Assembly: GCA_036507075.1 (NCBI GenBank)
Contig: DASXQR010000010.1
Location: 26,485 to 90,484 of the forward strand
Direction of reading: 5' to 3'
Source: Acidobacteriota bacterium
GTDB lineage: Bacteria; Acidobacteriota; UBA6911; JACQSX01
DNA length: 64,000 bases
Each line of letters starts with the position of its first letter. Position 1 is the stretch's first letter. Below, in pieces: positions 7,314-16,388 of the stretch. The notes under the pieces were generated by a model. It was not told the origin of the DNA and ran no database searches. It saw only the letters and a list, made by a program, of their open reading frames with translations. Both the position numbers and the translations under genes were made by a program.

Positions 7314-7613
7314 TTAGGGTGTGTTAGTCCTTTGAATCCGAGTCAATCTCATGGACTTTGAAAACTCCAACATATAAATGGGCTCTCCGGTCTTCAGATT
7401 GCTTGTTTCAACGCCAGCTGGGGAAAAGACGACGAAGAGACCGTCACTATCGGGCGTGCTACTGTAGGCATCGTGTGGAACTGTTTCCTGGAAACTCTTG
7501 AAAGTCATACCCAACTGCAATGTCCTCCCGACCCATCGCTGTACGCGCCGGCGATGCTTGTAGAGAACGTAGATGCCCCGCATCCCACGCGGAAGAGCGT
7601 TAACGTTCTCCAT
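7314..7613 (-). CDS. Hypothetical cassette protein with a weak GIY-YIG-like N-terminal motif
   Basis: 99-aa ORF. ..RGIYVLYKHRRRVQRWVGRT.. is reminiscent of the GIY..(x9-11)..YIG motif. No further confirmation is possible by eye. Confidence 0.3.
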   Translation of the reverse strand: MENVNALPRGMRGIYVLYKHRRRVQRWVGRTLQLGMTFKSFQETVPHDAYSSTPDSDGLFVVFSPAGVETSNLKTGEPIYMLEFSKSMRLTRIQRTNTP

Positions 7614-7689
7614 TGGAACGAATTCTTCACGGCGCTTGAGCCGAAGTGGACTTATGATCGCTTTGATTTTCTCAGCAACCTCTCAGAGC

Positions 7690-7735
7690 CGCCCAACGCC
7701 CGGCATCAGCGGCGGCGCGGTTTGCCGTCCGGGAT
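7690..7735 (-). repeat. Short hairpin repeat (GCCCAACGCCCGGCATCAGCGGCGGCGCGGTTTGCCGTCCGGG), attC-related short class
   Basis: RYYYAAC core plus a palindrome CCCGG...CCGGG. ~30 nt shared with 4775-4810. Confidence 0.3.
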
Positions 7736-7885
7736 TGAAGAGCTGCACAGATATCGGGCAAGCACACGGTGACGTGGAGAAGGCACCAGTACGCTTTGCC
7801 AGCACGACATCGGTTCATGTCTTCCCAGTAGATAGTAAAGGCGGAAGACAGCGTTCCTTTCTGCAACATCTAGTTCCTCAGCGCC

Positions 7886-8035
7886 GCCTAACTTTAAGTA
7901 AATGTCGCAAATTATAAGGCTATTACGCCGTGTAATCAACGTGGGACCCACAGTTCCAGTTGCAATCTATGAACGGATGCGGATAGATATACGGCGTGTG
8001 AAATTTTTTGGTGCCAGGCCTGGCGACGAAGTTTC
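7886..8035 (-). promoter_or_regulatory. Putative attI / integron promoter region. Core GTTAGGC (minus strand, 7892-7886) sits at the first cassette boundary, and the AT-rich segment contains candidate -35/-10 hexamers (TTGCAA ...18 nt... TAGATA) facing the intI remnant.
   Basis: Position between the intI remnant and the first attC-bounded cassette. The GTTRRRY core is oriented as expected for attI. Confidence 0.35.
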
Positions 8036-8038
8036 TCT

Positions 8039-8254
8039 GTGCCTGAACTGCTGGAGCAGGCGCGCGATTTGATCCGCGTCAAACATTACAGTGTCGGGAC
8101 CGATCAGGCGTACCTGCGATGGATCAGAGAATTCATAACGGTGCAGGAATTACTGGGGCACAAAGACGTCAGCACGACGATGATTTACACCCATGTTCTA
8201 AATAGAGGAGGGCATGGGGTTCGCAGTCCAATCGACTTAATTTCAAAGCTGTGA
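8039..8254 (+). pseudogene. intI: Integron integrase (IntI, tyrosine recombinase) remnant. An in-frame internal deletion leaves N-terminal ~33 aa fused to C-terminal ~38 aa.
   Basis: [30 protein letters not shown] aligns with the IntI1 N-terminus ([33 protein letters not shown]). [35 protein letters not shown] aligns with the IntI1 C-terminus ([35 protein letters not shown]). The RHR/box I-II region and the integron-specific insertion are missing. Confidence 0.85.
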
Positions 8255-8264
8255 TCCAAACATC

Positions 8265-9980
8265 ATGTCCGGGGAGATTTCAATGAAGAAGTATTACCGC
8301 CTGCTTGGCTTCCTGCTTGCATTTCCTGCCGTATTGGGCTTTCTTGGCGCGCCGGAGAAGAAGGTTTATCCCTATCGCTGGGTGCGCGTCAGCAGCGGGC
8401 TGAGAGACGATGCGGAAGTCGAGCGCGTCCGCAAGATTGTCCAGGCGGCCTCCGGGCACGGGCTGAACGGGATCGCGCTTTCGGCGGGCCTGGATCAGCT
8501 CGATATGAAGCAGCCCGAATATTTTCGACGACTGGAGCAAGTGCGGCAGATATGCGCCGAGGCCAAAGTCGACGTCATTCCGTCGTTCATGTCGGCCGGA
8601 TACGGCGGAGCCGTCCTGGCACACGACAAGAACCTGGCCGCCGGGCTTCCGGTGCGCGACGCGCTGTTCGTTGTTCATGAAGGCAAGGCCGATTTTGCCG
8701 CCGATCCGGCGGTGAATCTTGAAAACGGCGGTTTTGAAGGGACAAAAGAGGGGCTGCCCATGTCATGGCGTGTGGCCCAGCCCGGGACCGCCTCGATTGA
8801 TACGGCTGTTTTTCATGAAGGCAAATCCTCACTGCGATTCCACAATCTGGAAGATCCAAGACAGCCGGCGCGCGTCAGCCAGACGGCGCGGGTCCGCCCC
8901 CACCGCTGCTACCGGGTCAGCTTCTGGATCCGCACCGAAAGCCTCGGCGCGTCGGATCCTTTCGGCTCGGGCAACGTCCAGCTCGATGTGCTGGGAGGCG
9001 AGGAGAAACGCCCGCTTCAGTACGAAAATCCGCGTTTTCCCAACGACGATCAGTGGCACCGCGTCGCAGTCGGATTCAACAGTTGGGGATATGACAGGGC
9101 CGACATCTCGCCGAAAGTCCGGGGCAGCAAAGGCGGCACAGTCTGGATAGACGATTTGCGAGTCGAAGAAGCCGGCCTGGTTAATCTGCTGCGCCGCGCA
9201 GGGACTCCGCTCGTGGTCCGCGGCGAATCGAACAGCACCGTGTATGAAGAGGGGCGCGATTTTGCGCCGGTGTCTGACCAACGGCTGAATTTCCGATACG
9301 ACCATGACGGGCCATCCATTCAGATTCTCCCGGGCAGCCGCATCGTGGAAGGAGAGCGCCTGCGCGTCAGTTTTTTCCACGGAACAAACATTTACAACGG
9401 CCAGACTCCGGTATGCATGTCCGAGCCCAGGCTGTACGAAATCTGGCGCACCCAGGCGCGCCTGGTACATCAGGCGCTCGCGCCGGGAAAGTACCTTCTC
9501 AATATGGATGAGATCCGTACCGGAGGATCGTGCGAGGCGTGCAAAAAGCGAGGCGCGACGATGGGCCAGATCCTGGGCGACTGCCTCACAAAACAGGTCA
9601 ATCTGCTGCGGGAAGTGAATCCGAAAGCGGAGATTTTTGTCTGGTCGGACATGCTCGATCCCAATCACAACGCCAATCCAAACAAGAAGTACTATTACCT
9701 GGCGGAAGGGATTTTCACCGATTCATGGAAGCATGTCCCCAAAGACTTGAACATCGTCTGCTGGTATTACGAGAAACGGGCCGAGAGCCTGCGACATTTC
9801 TCGAACCTCGGCTTTCGCACCGTTGCGGGCGCGTATTACGACGCCGATAATCTCGACAACCCGCGCGGCTGGCTCGAATCGCTCGACGCGACTCCCGGAG
9901 CGGCGGGAATCATGTATACCACCTGGTTGAACAAATACGATCTGCTGCCCGGGTTTGGCGATCTTGTTTCGGGCCGCTGA
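8265..9980 (+). CDS. Secreted hypothetical protein with a central CBM4/9-like carbohydrate-binding module, possibly a glycoside-hydrolase-like protein
   Basis: Signal peptide (KKYYRLLGFLLAFPAVLG). The central ..NLENGGFEG...WIDDLRVEE.. block resembles CBM4_9. Coding-like codon usage over 571 aa. Confidence 0.55.
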   Translation: MSGEISMKKYYRLLGFLLAFPAVLGFLGAPEKKVYPYRWVRVSSGLRDDAEVERVRKIVQAASGHGLNGIALSAGLDQLDMKQPEYFRRLEQVRQICAEAKVDVIPSFMSAGYGGAVLAHDKNLAAGLPVRDALFVVHEGKADFAADPAVNLENGGFEGTKEGLPMSWRVAQPGTASIDTAVFHEGKSSLRFHNLEDPRQPARVSQTARVRPHRCYRVSFWIRTESLGASDPFGSGNVQLDVLGGEEKRPLQYENPRFPNDDQWHRVAVGFNSWGYDRADISPKVRGSKGGTVWIDDLRVEEAGLVNLLRRAGTPLVVRGESNSTVYEEGRDFAPVSDQRLNFRYDHDGPSIQILPGSRIVEGERLRVSFFHGTNIYNGQTPVCMSEPRLYEIWRTQARLVHQALAPGKYLLNMDEIRTGGSCEACKKRGATMGQILGDCLTKQVNLLREVNPKAEIFVWSDMLDPNHNANPNKKYYYLAEGIFTDSWKHVPKDLNIVCWYYEKRAESLRHFSNLGFRTVAGAYYDADNLDNPRGWLESLDATPGAAGIMYTTWLNKYDLLPGFGDLVSGR

Positions 9981-10270
9981 TTTGCGCGGAATTGCGCGGA
10001 TTGATATCGGCCGCCGATTTACGCGGAATTGCGCGGATTGATATCGGCCGCCGATTTGCGCGGACTGCGCGGATTGATATCGGCCGCCGATTTACGCGGA
10101 ATTGCGCGGATTGATATTGGCCGCCGATTTGCGCGGACTGCGCGGATTGATATCGGCCGCTGATTTGCGCGGACTGCGCGGATTGATATCGGCCGCCGAT
10201 TTACGCGGAATTGCGCGGATTGATATCGGCCGCGGATTTGCGCGAAATGCGCGGATTGACATCAGGCCGC
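9979..10270. repeat. Tandem repeat, about 8 units of 36-37 bp (GATTTRCGCGGAMTTGCGCGGATTGATATCGGCCGCC), each unit containing the palindrome ATCGGCCGCCGAT
   Basis: Strict head-to-tail periodicity between the stop of the upstream gene and glyA. Alternating unit variants (TACGCGGAATTG / TGCGCGGACTG). Confidence 0.9.
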
Positions 10271-10313
10271 TGCGCCTTGAAAACCACCGTCGCCTGCGGT
10301 AACCTCGACCCAC

Positions 10314-11600
10314 TTGGAGAATTTGATGACGCATCTAAAGCGGACTTTAGAACAGATTGACCCGCAAGTGGCCGAGGCCATTGCCAATGAAGCGCGCCGG
10401 CAACACACGCATCTGGAATTGATCGCCTCAGAGAATTTCGTCTCCGAGGCGGTGCTGCAGGCGATGGGCTCTGTGTTCACAAACAAGTACGCCGAAGGAT
10501 TGCCGGGTAAGCGTTATTACGGAGGATGCGAATTCACCGACATTGTCGAGTCGCTGGCGATCGAGCGCGCAAAGCGGCTCTTCGGCGCCGATCACGCCAA
10601 CGTTCAGGCGCATGCGGGAAGCCAGGCCAATATGGCGGTATATCTTGCGGCCCTGCAGCCGGGCGACAAGGTGCTGGGAATGAATTTGTCGCACGGCGGC
10701 CACCTCACTCACGGCCACCCCCTGAACTTCTCCGGAAAAATGTTCCAGATTGTTCCCTACGGCGTCAGCCGCGAGACCGAAACGATTGATTACGAAGCGC
10801 TGCAGCTTCTGGCCGAACGGGAAAAACCTAAGATGATCATCACCGGCGCCAGCGCTTACTCAAGGACCATCGATTTCAAAAGAGTGGGCGAGATCGCCCG
10901 CTCGGCAGGCGCCGTTCACATGTCCGATATCGCTCATATCGCGGGACTGGTAGCAACCGGCCTGCATCCCAGTCCGATACCGCACGCCGAGTTTGTCACC
11001 ACCACCACGCATAAGACGCTGCGCGGTCCCCGCGGAGGCCTGGTCCTGTGCCAGGCATCTCGCGCCAAGGAACTCGATAAAGTAGTATTTCCCGGAATTC
11101 AAGGCGGCCCGCTGGTTCACATTATTGCCGCCAAGGCGGTCTGCCTTCAGGAAGCTCTGCAGCCTGAGTTCAAGACCTATCAGCAGCAAGTGATGCGAAA
11201 CGCGGCTACCCTGGCCCGCGTCGTCGCTTCCCGGGGATTCCGGATTGTTTCCGGAGGCACGGACAATCACCTGCTGTTGGTGGATGTGTTCGCGCGTGGA
11301 ATCACGGGCAAACAGGCGGAAGAAACTTTGGAGCACGCCAATATTACGGTCAACAAGAACACCATTCCTTTTGAAACAAATTCGCCTTTTGTGGCCAGCG
11401 GGATTCGAATCGGATCACCGGCGCTCACGACCCGAGGAATGAAGGAAGCTGAGATGGAGCTGATCGGCGAGTGGATCGCCTATGTGCTGGAGGATATTCA
11501 GGACGAGGCGCGGCAGCGAAGGGTGAAGGAAAAAGTACTGCAGCTTACCGACCGTTTTCCGCTGTATCTCTCGCGCCAGCAGGTGGTCGGTAAGATATAG
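10314..11600 (+). CDS. glyA: Serine hydroxymethyltransferase
   Basis: ..[61 protein letters not shown].. are diagnostic SHMT motifs, including the PLP-binding lysine region. Confidence 0.97.
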   Translation: MENLMTHLKRTLEQIDPQVAEAIANEARRQHTHLELIASENFVSEAVLQAMGSVFTNKYAEGLPGKRYYGGCEFTDIVESLAIERAKRLFGADHANVQAHAGSQANMAVYLAALQPGDKVLGMNLSHGGHLTHGHPLNFSGKMFQIVPYGVSRETETIDYEALQLLAEREKPKMIITGASAYSRTIDFKRVGEIARSAGAVHMSDIAHIAGLVATGLHPSPIPHAEFVTTTTHKTLRGPRGGLVLCQASRAKELDKVVFPGIQGGPLVHIIAAKAVCLQEALQPEFKTYQQQVMRNAATLARVVASRGFRIVSGGTDNHLLLVDVFARGITGKQAEETLEHANITVNKNTIPFETNSPFVASGIRIGSPALTTRGMKEAEMELIGEWIAYVLEDIQDEARQRRVKEKVLQLTDRFPLYLSRQQVVGKI

Positions 11601-11616
11601 CTTTTCCTTTGTGTTC

Positions 11617-11662
11617 TTTGTGTCTTTGTGGTGAATCAATTTCTCACCACAAAGACACAAAG
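11617..11662. repeat. Perfect 19-bp stem hairpin (CTTTGTGTCTTTGTGGTGA ...9 nt... TCACCACAAAGACACAAAG). Member of the 'CACAAAG' palindromic repeat family and a possible terminator of glyA.
   Basis: Exact inverted repeat in the glyA-dinG intergenic region. Related motifs recur at 24225-24379, 28407-28527, 45690-45725 and 63130-63270. Confidence 0.55.
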
Positions 11663-11681
11663 GGCACAAAAGATATTACAC

Positions 11682-13580
11682 ATGGATTTCAAATCAATCT
11701 TCGGCCCGCGGGGGACTCTGGCCCGCCACCACCCGCATTACGAATACCGCCCCAGCCAGGCGACCATGGCCGAAGCCGTCGACGCCGCGATTCACGGCCC
11801 GCATCATCTTTGCGTGGAAGCCGGCACCGGCATCGGAAAAAGCATTGCCTATCTGCTCCCTGCCATTGGCACGCACAAGCGCACCATCATCAGCACCGCC
11901 ACCCGGGCGCTCCAGGAACAGCTCTTCTTCAAAGACATCCCCCTGCTGCGGCAGATTGCGGGCGCCGAGATTAAAGCAATATATATGAAGGGGCGGAACA
12001 ACTATCTGTGCCTCAAAAAGCTGGAGACACATCTACAAAACCCGGAACTCCTGCCTGGAGATCGCGGCGAACAGATCGACGCGATCGGCGACTGGGCGCA
12101 GAAGACCGCCACAGGGGACCGGGCCGAGCTTGACTTTCTGCGCGACGACGATCCGGTATGGCGGCAACTGGACGCCCGGCGCGAGACCTGCCTGGGGCAG
12201 AAGTGCTCGCACTTTGAAGCGTGCTATATCACCCGGCTTCGCCAGGACGCGCTCGCCTCGGATCTGATTGTTGTCAACCACGCGCTTTTCTTTGCCGATC
12301 TGGCTTTGCGGCGCCAGGGTACGGCCGGCGTTCTGCCTGATTATGCAACCGTGATATTTGACGAGGCCCATGAGATTGAAGACGTGGCGACTTCGTTCTT
12401 CGGCCGGCAGGTGAGCAGCTACCGATTTGAAGATTTCGAGCGAGACGTGATTCGCTCCTTTCAGAAGCATCCCGCGATCCTGCGTTATAGCCCCAAGCTG
12501 TTTGAAGCTGCGCGCTGGTTTTTTGACCTCTTCGCGGTATTTCACAACGATCAGCGCCAAAGCATCGGGCTTCTGGCGCGCCGGCCTGACTTCATCCGGC
12601 TGGCTGCGGCCGTGGATGAATTGCTGCAGCTTTTCATTTCAATGGCTGGAAAACTGGGAAGCCGCGACGATGAGCAGGACGCGCTGCTGGACCGCGCCCA
12701 GGAACTGCGGTCCGATTTTTCTTTCATCAGCTCGGCCGCCGATCCGGCTTACGTCTACTGGATTGATAAAAGGCACCGTGGGGTTTTCCTCAATGCTTCA
12801 CCCATCGACCTGGCTCCCATCCTTACCGAATGTCTTTTCAGCAAGACTCACAGCGTGATTTTGACATCGGCCACTCTCACCGCCGGCGGCAGTTTCCGCT
12901 ATCTGCGGGAGCGACTGGGCATTACCCAGTCAGAAGAACTGGTTTTGGAATCCGAATATGATCTGAACGCGCAGGCGGTGCTTTACATTCCGCCTCTGCC
13001 CGATCCACGCCAGGTGCAATTTGTCGAGACGGCTTGCGAAGCAATCGAGCAATTGCTCGAAATCTCGGAAGGACGCGCCTTCCTCCTCTTCACCAGCTTT
13101 GCCCAGATGGAGAAATGCTACGACAGACTGGCTCCGCTGCTGAGGTTCCCGTTGTTGAAGCAGGGGGACTTCCCGAAAAAAGTGCTGCTGGAGAGATTCC
13201 GACAAACGCCCTCTTCGGTGCTCTTTGCCACGGCCAGCTTCTGGCAGGGAGTCGACGTGCAGGGCGATGCTCTCAGTTGTGTTGTGATTGACAAGCTGCC
13301 TTTTGCCGTTCCCACCGATCCCATCGTTTCGGCCAGGTACCGTCTTCTTGAGCAGCAGGGGAGAAACGCATTCGAGGAATACAGCGTGCCCCAGGCCGTA
13401 ATCCTGCTAAAGCAGGGCCTTGGACGGCTGATCCGCAGCAAACAGGACCGCGGAATCTTGTCAATTCTGGACAACAGGATTCTCACCAAAAGTTACGGCC
13501 GCCACTTCCTCGAGAGCTTGCCAAAGTGCCCTCTTACCGATAACATTGAAAACTTGAGAAACTTTTTCGACATCAAGTAA
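11682..13580 (+). CDS. dinG: ATP-dependent DNA helicase, DinG/Rad3 (XPD-like) family
   Basis: ..YEYRPSQATMAEAVDAAIHGPHHLCVEAGTGIGKSIAYLLPA.. (Walker A), a 4-Cys cluster region (..CLGQKCSHFEACY..), a DEAH box (VIFDEAHEIED), and the C-terminal helicase motifs (..TSATL.. / ..GQGLGRLIRS..). Confidence 0.88.
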   Translation: MDFKSIFGPRGTLARHHPHYEYRPSQATMAEAVDAAIHGPHHLCVEAGTGIGKSIAYLLPAIGTHKRTIISTATRALQEQLFFKDIPLLRQIAGAEIKAIYMKGRNNYLCLKKLETHLQNPELLPGDRGEQIDAIGDWAQKTATGDRAELDFLRDDDPVWRQLDARRETCLGQKCSHFEACYITRLRQDALASDLIVVNHALFFADLALRRQGTAGVLPDYATVIFDEAHEIEDVATSFFGRQVSSYRFEDFERDVIRSFQKHPAILRYSPKLFEAARWFFDLFAVFHNDQRQSIGLLARRPDFIRLAAAVDELLQLFISMAGKLGSRDDEQDALLDRAQELRSDFSFISSAADPAYVYWIDKRHRGVFLNASPIDLAPILTECLFSKTHSVILTSATLTAGGSFRYLRERLGITQSEELVLESEYDLNAQAVLYIPPLPDPRQVQFVETACEAIEQLLEISEGRAFLLFTSFAQMEKCYDRLAPLLRFPLLKQGDFPKKVLLERFRQTPSSVLFATASFWQGVDVQGDALSCVVIDKLPFAVPTDPIVSARYRLLEQQGRNAFEEYSVPQAVILLKQGLGRLIRSKQDRGILSILDNRILTKSYGRHFLESLPKCPLTDNIENLRNFFDIK

Positions 13581-13673
13581 TCATTGCAATTGGCGGAGTG
13601 TGTGTCTGCCCTTCCGCGCCCCGGTTTGACGCGTGAAAACACAATCTTCGGATTAGCTTCAGAGGGAAATAAC

Positions 13674-14702
13674 ATGAATACATTATCCAGAAAGATCTCC
13701 TTTTTGGTGTCAGCGGCGCTGTTCCTGGCCATTTCGGTTCCGGCGTTCGGACAGGTTCGCGGCATCAAAGGGAAAGTAGTGGACGAAGAGGGTAAGCCGA
13801 TTGTCGGCGCCAAAGTGACGATCGAAGGCATCGATATCAAGCGCAATTACTCGACCAAGACGGACAAAAAGGGCGAGTACATTCACATGGGCCTGACCTT
13901 CGGGAAATACAGAGTGGGCATCGAGGCGGAGGGATTCCAACCCGACATGGTTTCCGGCATCACTCCGGCGGTGGGCGAGCCTACGGTCGCCGATTTTCAG
14001 TTAAAGAAGGGGAGCGGCAAACTCGCGCTCGGAATGACAGACGAGCAAAAGAAAAAAATGGCGGCCGAACAGGAAGAGGCCAAAAAGCAGGCCGCAGCGG
14101 CGGAAGCAGTAAAGACCGATTTCCAGGCCGGTATTGCCGCCTCCCAGGCGGGCAAGCTGGATGAAGCGGTTGATCTCTTCAAGAAGGCGATCGAGAAAGA
14201 TCCAAGCCAGCCTTATGTTTGGGCCAATCTGGCAGACACTTATGGAAAACAAAAGAAGTATCCCGAAGCCATCGAAGCCTTCAACAAGGCAATCAGTCTG
14301 AAGCCGGATGACTCTGCGCTGATCCAGAATCTTGGCAACATCTATGCCGCCAGCGGTGACACCGCGAAAGCTCAGGAGCAATACAACAAGGCGGCCAGCA
14401 TGGCTACCGCTTCGGCAGCCGCAGGAGGGAGCGGGAACGCGGCGGTCAGCTATTACAACCTGGGAGTCACCATGGTGAATGCCGGCAAGTCTCAGGAAGC
14501 AATCGACGCCTTTACCAAGTCGATCTCCGCCGATCCCACGTACGCCGAAGCTCACTACCAACTGGGCATCGCCTACATCAGTATCAGTAAGAACGATGAT
14601 GGCGTGAAAGCGCTCAAGGAATACATAAAGCTGGTATCCACCGGCCAGAATGCCGACACGGCCAAATTGCTGATTCAGGAACTGGGTAAAACGAAGAAGT
14701 AG
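13674..14702 (+). CDS. Secreted protein with N-terminal carboxypeptidase-regulatory-like (Ig-like) domain and C-terminal TPR repeats
   Basis: Signal peptide. GKVVDEEGKPIVGAKVTIEG is the CarboxypepD_reg-like motif. Multiple TPR-like AxxxFxKAIxxDP repeats follow. RBS GAGGG is upstream of the chosen ATG. Confidence 0.75.
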   Translation: MNTLSRKISFLVSAALFLAISVPAFGQVRGIKGKVVDEEGKPIVGAKVTIEGIDIKRNYSTKTDKKGEYIHMGLTFGKYRVGIEAEGFQPDMVSGITPAVGEPTVADFQLKKGSGKLALGMTDEQKKKMAAEQEEAKKQAAAAEAVKTDFQAGIAASQAGKLDEAVDLFKKAIEKDPSQPYVWANLADTYGKQKKYPEAIEAFNKAISLKPDDSALIQNLGNIYAASGDTAKAQEQYNKAASMATASAAAGGSGNAAVSYYNLGVTMVNAGKSQEAIDAFTKSISADPTYAEAHYQLGIAYISISKNDDGVKALKEYIKLVSTGQNADTAKLLIQELGKTKK

Positions 14703-14824
14703 CGGGTGATCCGTTGTCCGTGGTCAGTTGTCCGTGGCCAGAGGGTTTGAGTCAGTTGAGACTCGAAGGGTCAGCAGGGAATAGGTCCCGCGGTCAGGGT
14801 ACAAGGCATCATCATTCCTTCACC

Positions 14825-15541
14825 CTACTCCTTGCCAGCAGCGTCAAAGTAGTGCTCGGCCTTCTTGCATCCCAGGTCGGCCAGATTCGCCAGGGAGGCG
14901 ACCGCTGCGGATCGAACCTCGCTGTATTTGTCACGCGTCAGCTTGAGGAAGGACTCGAGCACGTCATCAGGGATCTGATTGGGCCGGTGCCAGTAAGCCA
15001 CAGACAGTTCGGTGACAGCATGGGCGCGCATCGCGGGATCATCGCAGAACAGGTATTCATTCAGAAATTCCACGGCCTCCTGGCCTCCCTGCTGCGCGAT
15101 TGACGCGGCAGCCGAGAGAATCATCTTTTGGCGCTTCTTAAGAAAGTTGTCGCGTTTGAAAGTGAAGTCCATCGCCTTACGCAGATAAGGGATGGCGCGA
15201 TCCTCTCCCACTTCACCCATGGCCACAATCAAGGCCGCCTGCAAAGACTGCGTCCCTGTCCCCGCGTGCGTTTTGTCTTCAAGCAGCGCCTGGAAGAGCG
15301 GGTCTAGAGTCTCTGTTCTTTCAAGGGTTCCAAGGGCGAGAGCGGCGAATTCCTTCTCTTTGCGCGAACCTTGTTTGAGTATTCTTAGTAAAGGCTGCAG
15401 AAACTTCCTGTTCCGGAGAACACTGATCTCAGGGAGGATATTGTATTTTTCGGCGGTAGTCCCAGTTTCGATAACTCCAACGCAGCGATCAACTGCATCA
15501 TCCTGCCTTTCATCGGGAGCAGCGGTTGTATCGAAACTCAT
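14825..15541 (-). CDS. HEAT-repeat (PBS-lyase-like) protein
   Basis: Repeated ..AVxALGxIGDxRAIPxL.. type HEAT units, e.g. RSAAVASLANLAD, RAHAVTELS, AALALGTL. Confidence 0.7.
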   Translation of the reverse strand: MSFDTTAAPDERQDDAVDRCVGVIETGTTAEKYNILPEISVLRNRKFLQPLLRILKQGSRKEKEFAALALGTLERTETLDPLFQALLEDKTHAGTGTQSLQAALIVAMGEVGEDRAIPYLRKAMDFTFKRDNFLKKRQKMILSAAASIAQQGGQEAVEFLNEYLFCDDPAMRAHAVTELSVAYWHRPNQIPDDVLESFLKLTRDKYSEVRSAAVASLANLADLGCKKAEHYFDAAGKE

Positions 15542-15649
15542 TACAAGCCTTAAGTCGCGGCCCATTATAGTGCTGCAAGGGTTTCCTGCAAAAGAAAAAA
15601 CCGGTTTGAGGCTGTTCGAGGTAGTGAACGTATCATGCCAATGTTGATC

Positions 15650-15760
15650 GTGAGCGTGAACGTAGTCGTTAACGTCTAACGTTGACGTGCACGTGGCCGT
15701 CCTCGGCTTTTTTTCTTTAGTTGCGGCTCTGCCGGGCTGTGCCTCCGTTGCGTGTTAGAA
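15650..15760. repeat. Dispersed palindromic repeat family B copy (..GACGTGCACGTGGCCGTCCTCGGCTTTTTTTCTTTAGTTGCGGC..CGGGCTGTGCCTC..)
   Basis: ~80-90% identical to the segments at 28440-28527 and 47555-47635. It forms a long stem-loop. Confidence 0.6.
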
Positions 15761-15767
15761 TAGTCGG

Positions 15768-16388
15768 ATGCAGAACAGAACACTGCCGGCAGTCATTGTC
15801 AGCCTGGTTGCCGGGTTGATCATCGGCTTTTTCGGCGGAGTGGCTTACGACTCGCAGAAGGCCGTATCAGCGCAAACGACAGCCGACCGTTCTGCTCCTG
15901 CCGACGCGACCCAGCCGGATAATTCCAAGCTTCCGGAAAACCATCCTTCCAAGGAAGTGATGGAAAAGGTCACCCATCTGCTGGAGCACGCCCAGAAGGA
16001 TCCCAATGACAAGGATTCGCGCATCGAACTGGGCAATATCTTTTATAACCTCGGCCAGTTCGAGCAGGCGATCAACTATTATGGCCAGGTCCTGGAGCTC
16101 GATCCCCGCAACGTAAACGTGCGCACGGATATGGGAACGTCATATCACTTTCTAGGCGATCATGACCGTGCTCTGAAAGAGTTTGCCATCTCGCTGAACC
16201 TGGATCCGACACATGCGGAAACCCTGCAGAACATGGGATGGGTGAAGTACAACGGAAAAAAGGACTACAAAGGCGCGCTCGAGGCCTGGAATAAGCTGCT
16301 TGCCACGCATCCGGACTATCGGCATGCCGATCAAATCCGCAAGCAGATCGAATTGGTGAAGAAAGAAATGGCGGGTGGAAAGAGTTAA
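15768..16388 (+). CDS. Membrane-anchored TPR-repeat protein
   Basis: N-terminal TM helix followed by 3-4 TPR units (..GNIFYNLGQFEQAINYYGQVLELDP.. etc.). Confidence 0.75.
   Translation: MQNRTLPAVIVSLVAGLIIGFFGGVAYDSQKAVSAQTTADRSAPADATQPDNSKLPENHPSKEVMEKVTHLLEHAQKDPNDKDSRIELGNIFYNLGQFEQAINYYGQVLELDPRNVNVRTDMGTSYHFLGDHDRALKEFAISLNLDPTHAETLQNMGWVKYNGKKDYKGALEAWNKLLATHPDYRHADQIRKQIELVKKEMAGGKS

Noticed and set aside
7672-7951. Small ORFs 7672-7869 and 7706-7951 in the first cassette next to attI
   Set aside because: They span the attC-like hairpin and the attI core and have no coding features. The first cassette is probably ORF-less or decayed.
8829-9668. 279-aa minus-strand ORF inside the CBM-protein gene, and several similar long antisense ORFs (12033-12560, 14001-14561, 17010-17789, 19998-20672, 21753-22493, 22761-23564, 26639-27118, 37940-39385, 51661-52914, 56143-57689, 57717-58595)
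   Set aside because: Each lies opposite a gene with recognisable conserved motifs. Long stop-free antisense frames are expected at ~60% GC. None has protein-family features.
9979-10270. Possible CRISPR array (regular ~37-bp repeats)
   Set aside because: The units are contiguous, with no unique spacers between them and no cas genes nearby. It is a simple tandem repeat.
10092-10334. 80-aa ORF (..PRKSAADINPRSPRKSAADINPRSP..) upstream of glyA
   Set aside because: It is a translation of the tandem repeat, hence the periodic peptide. It is not a gene.
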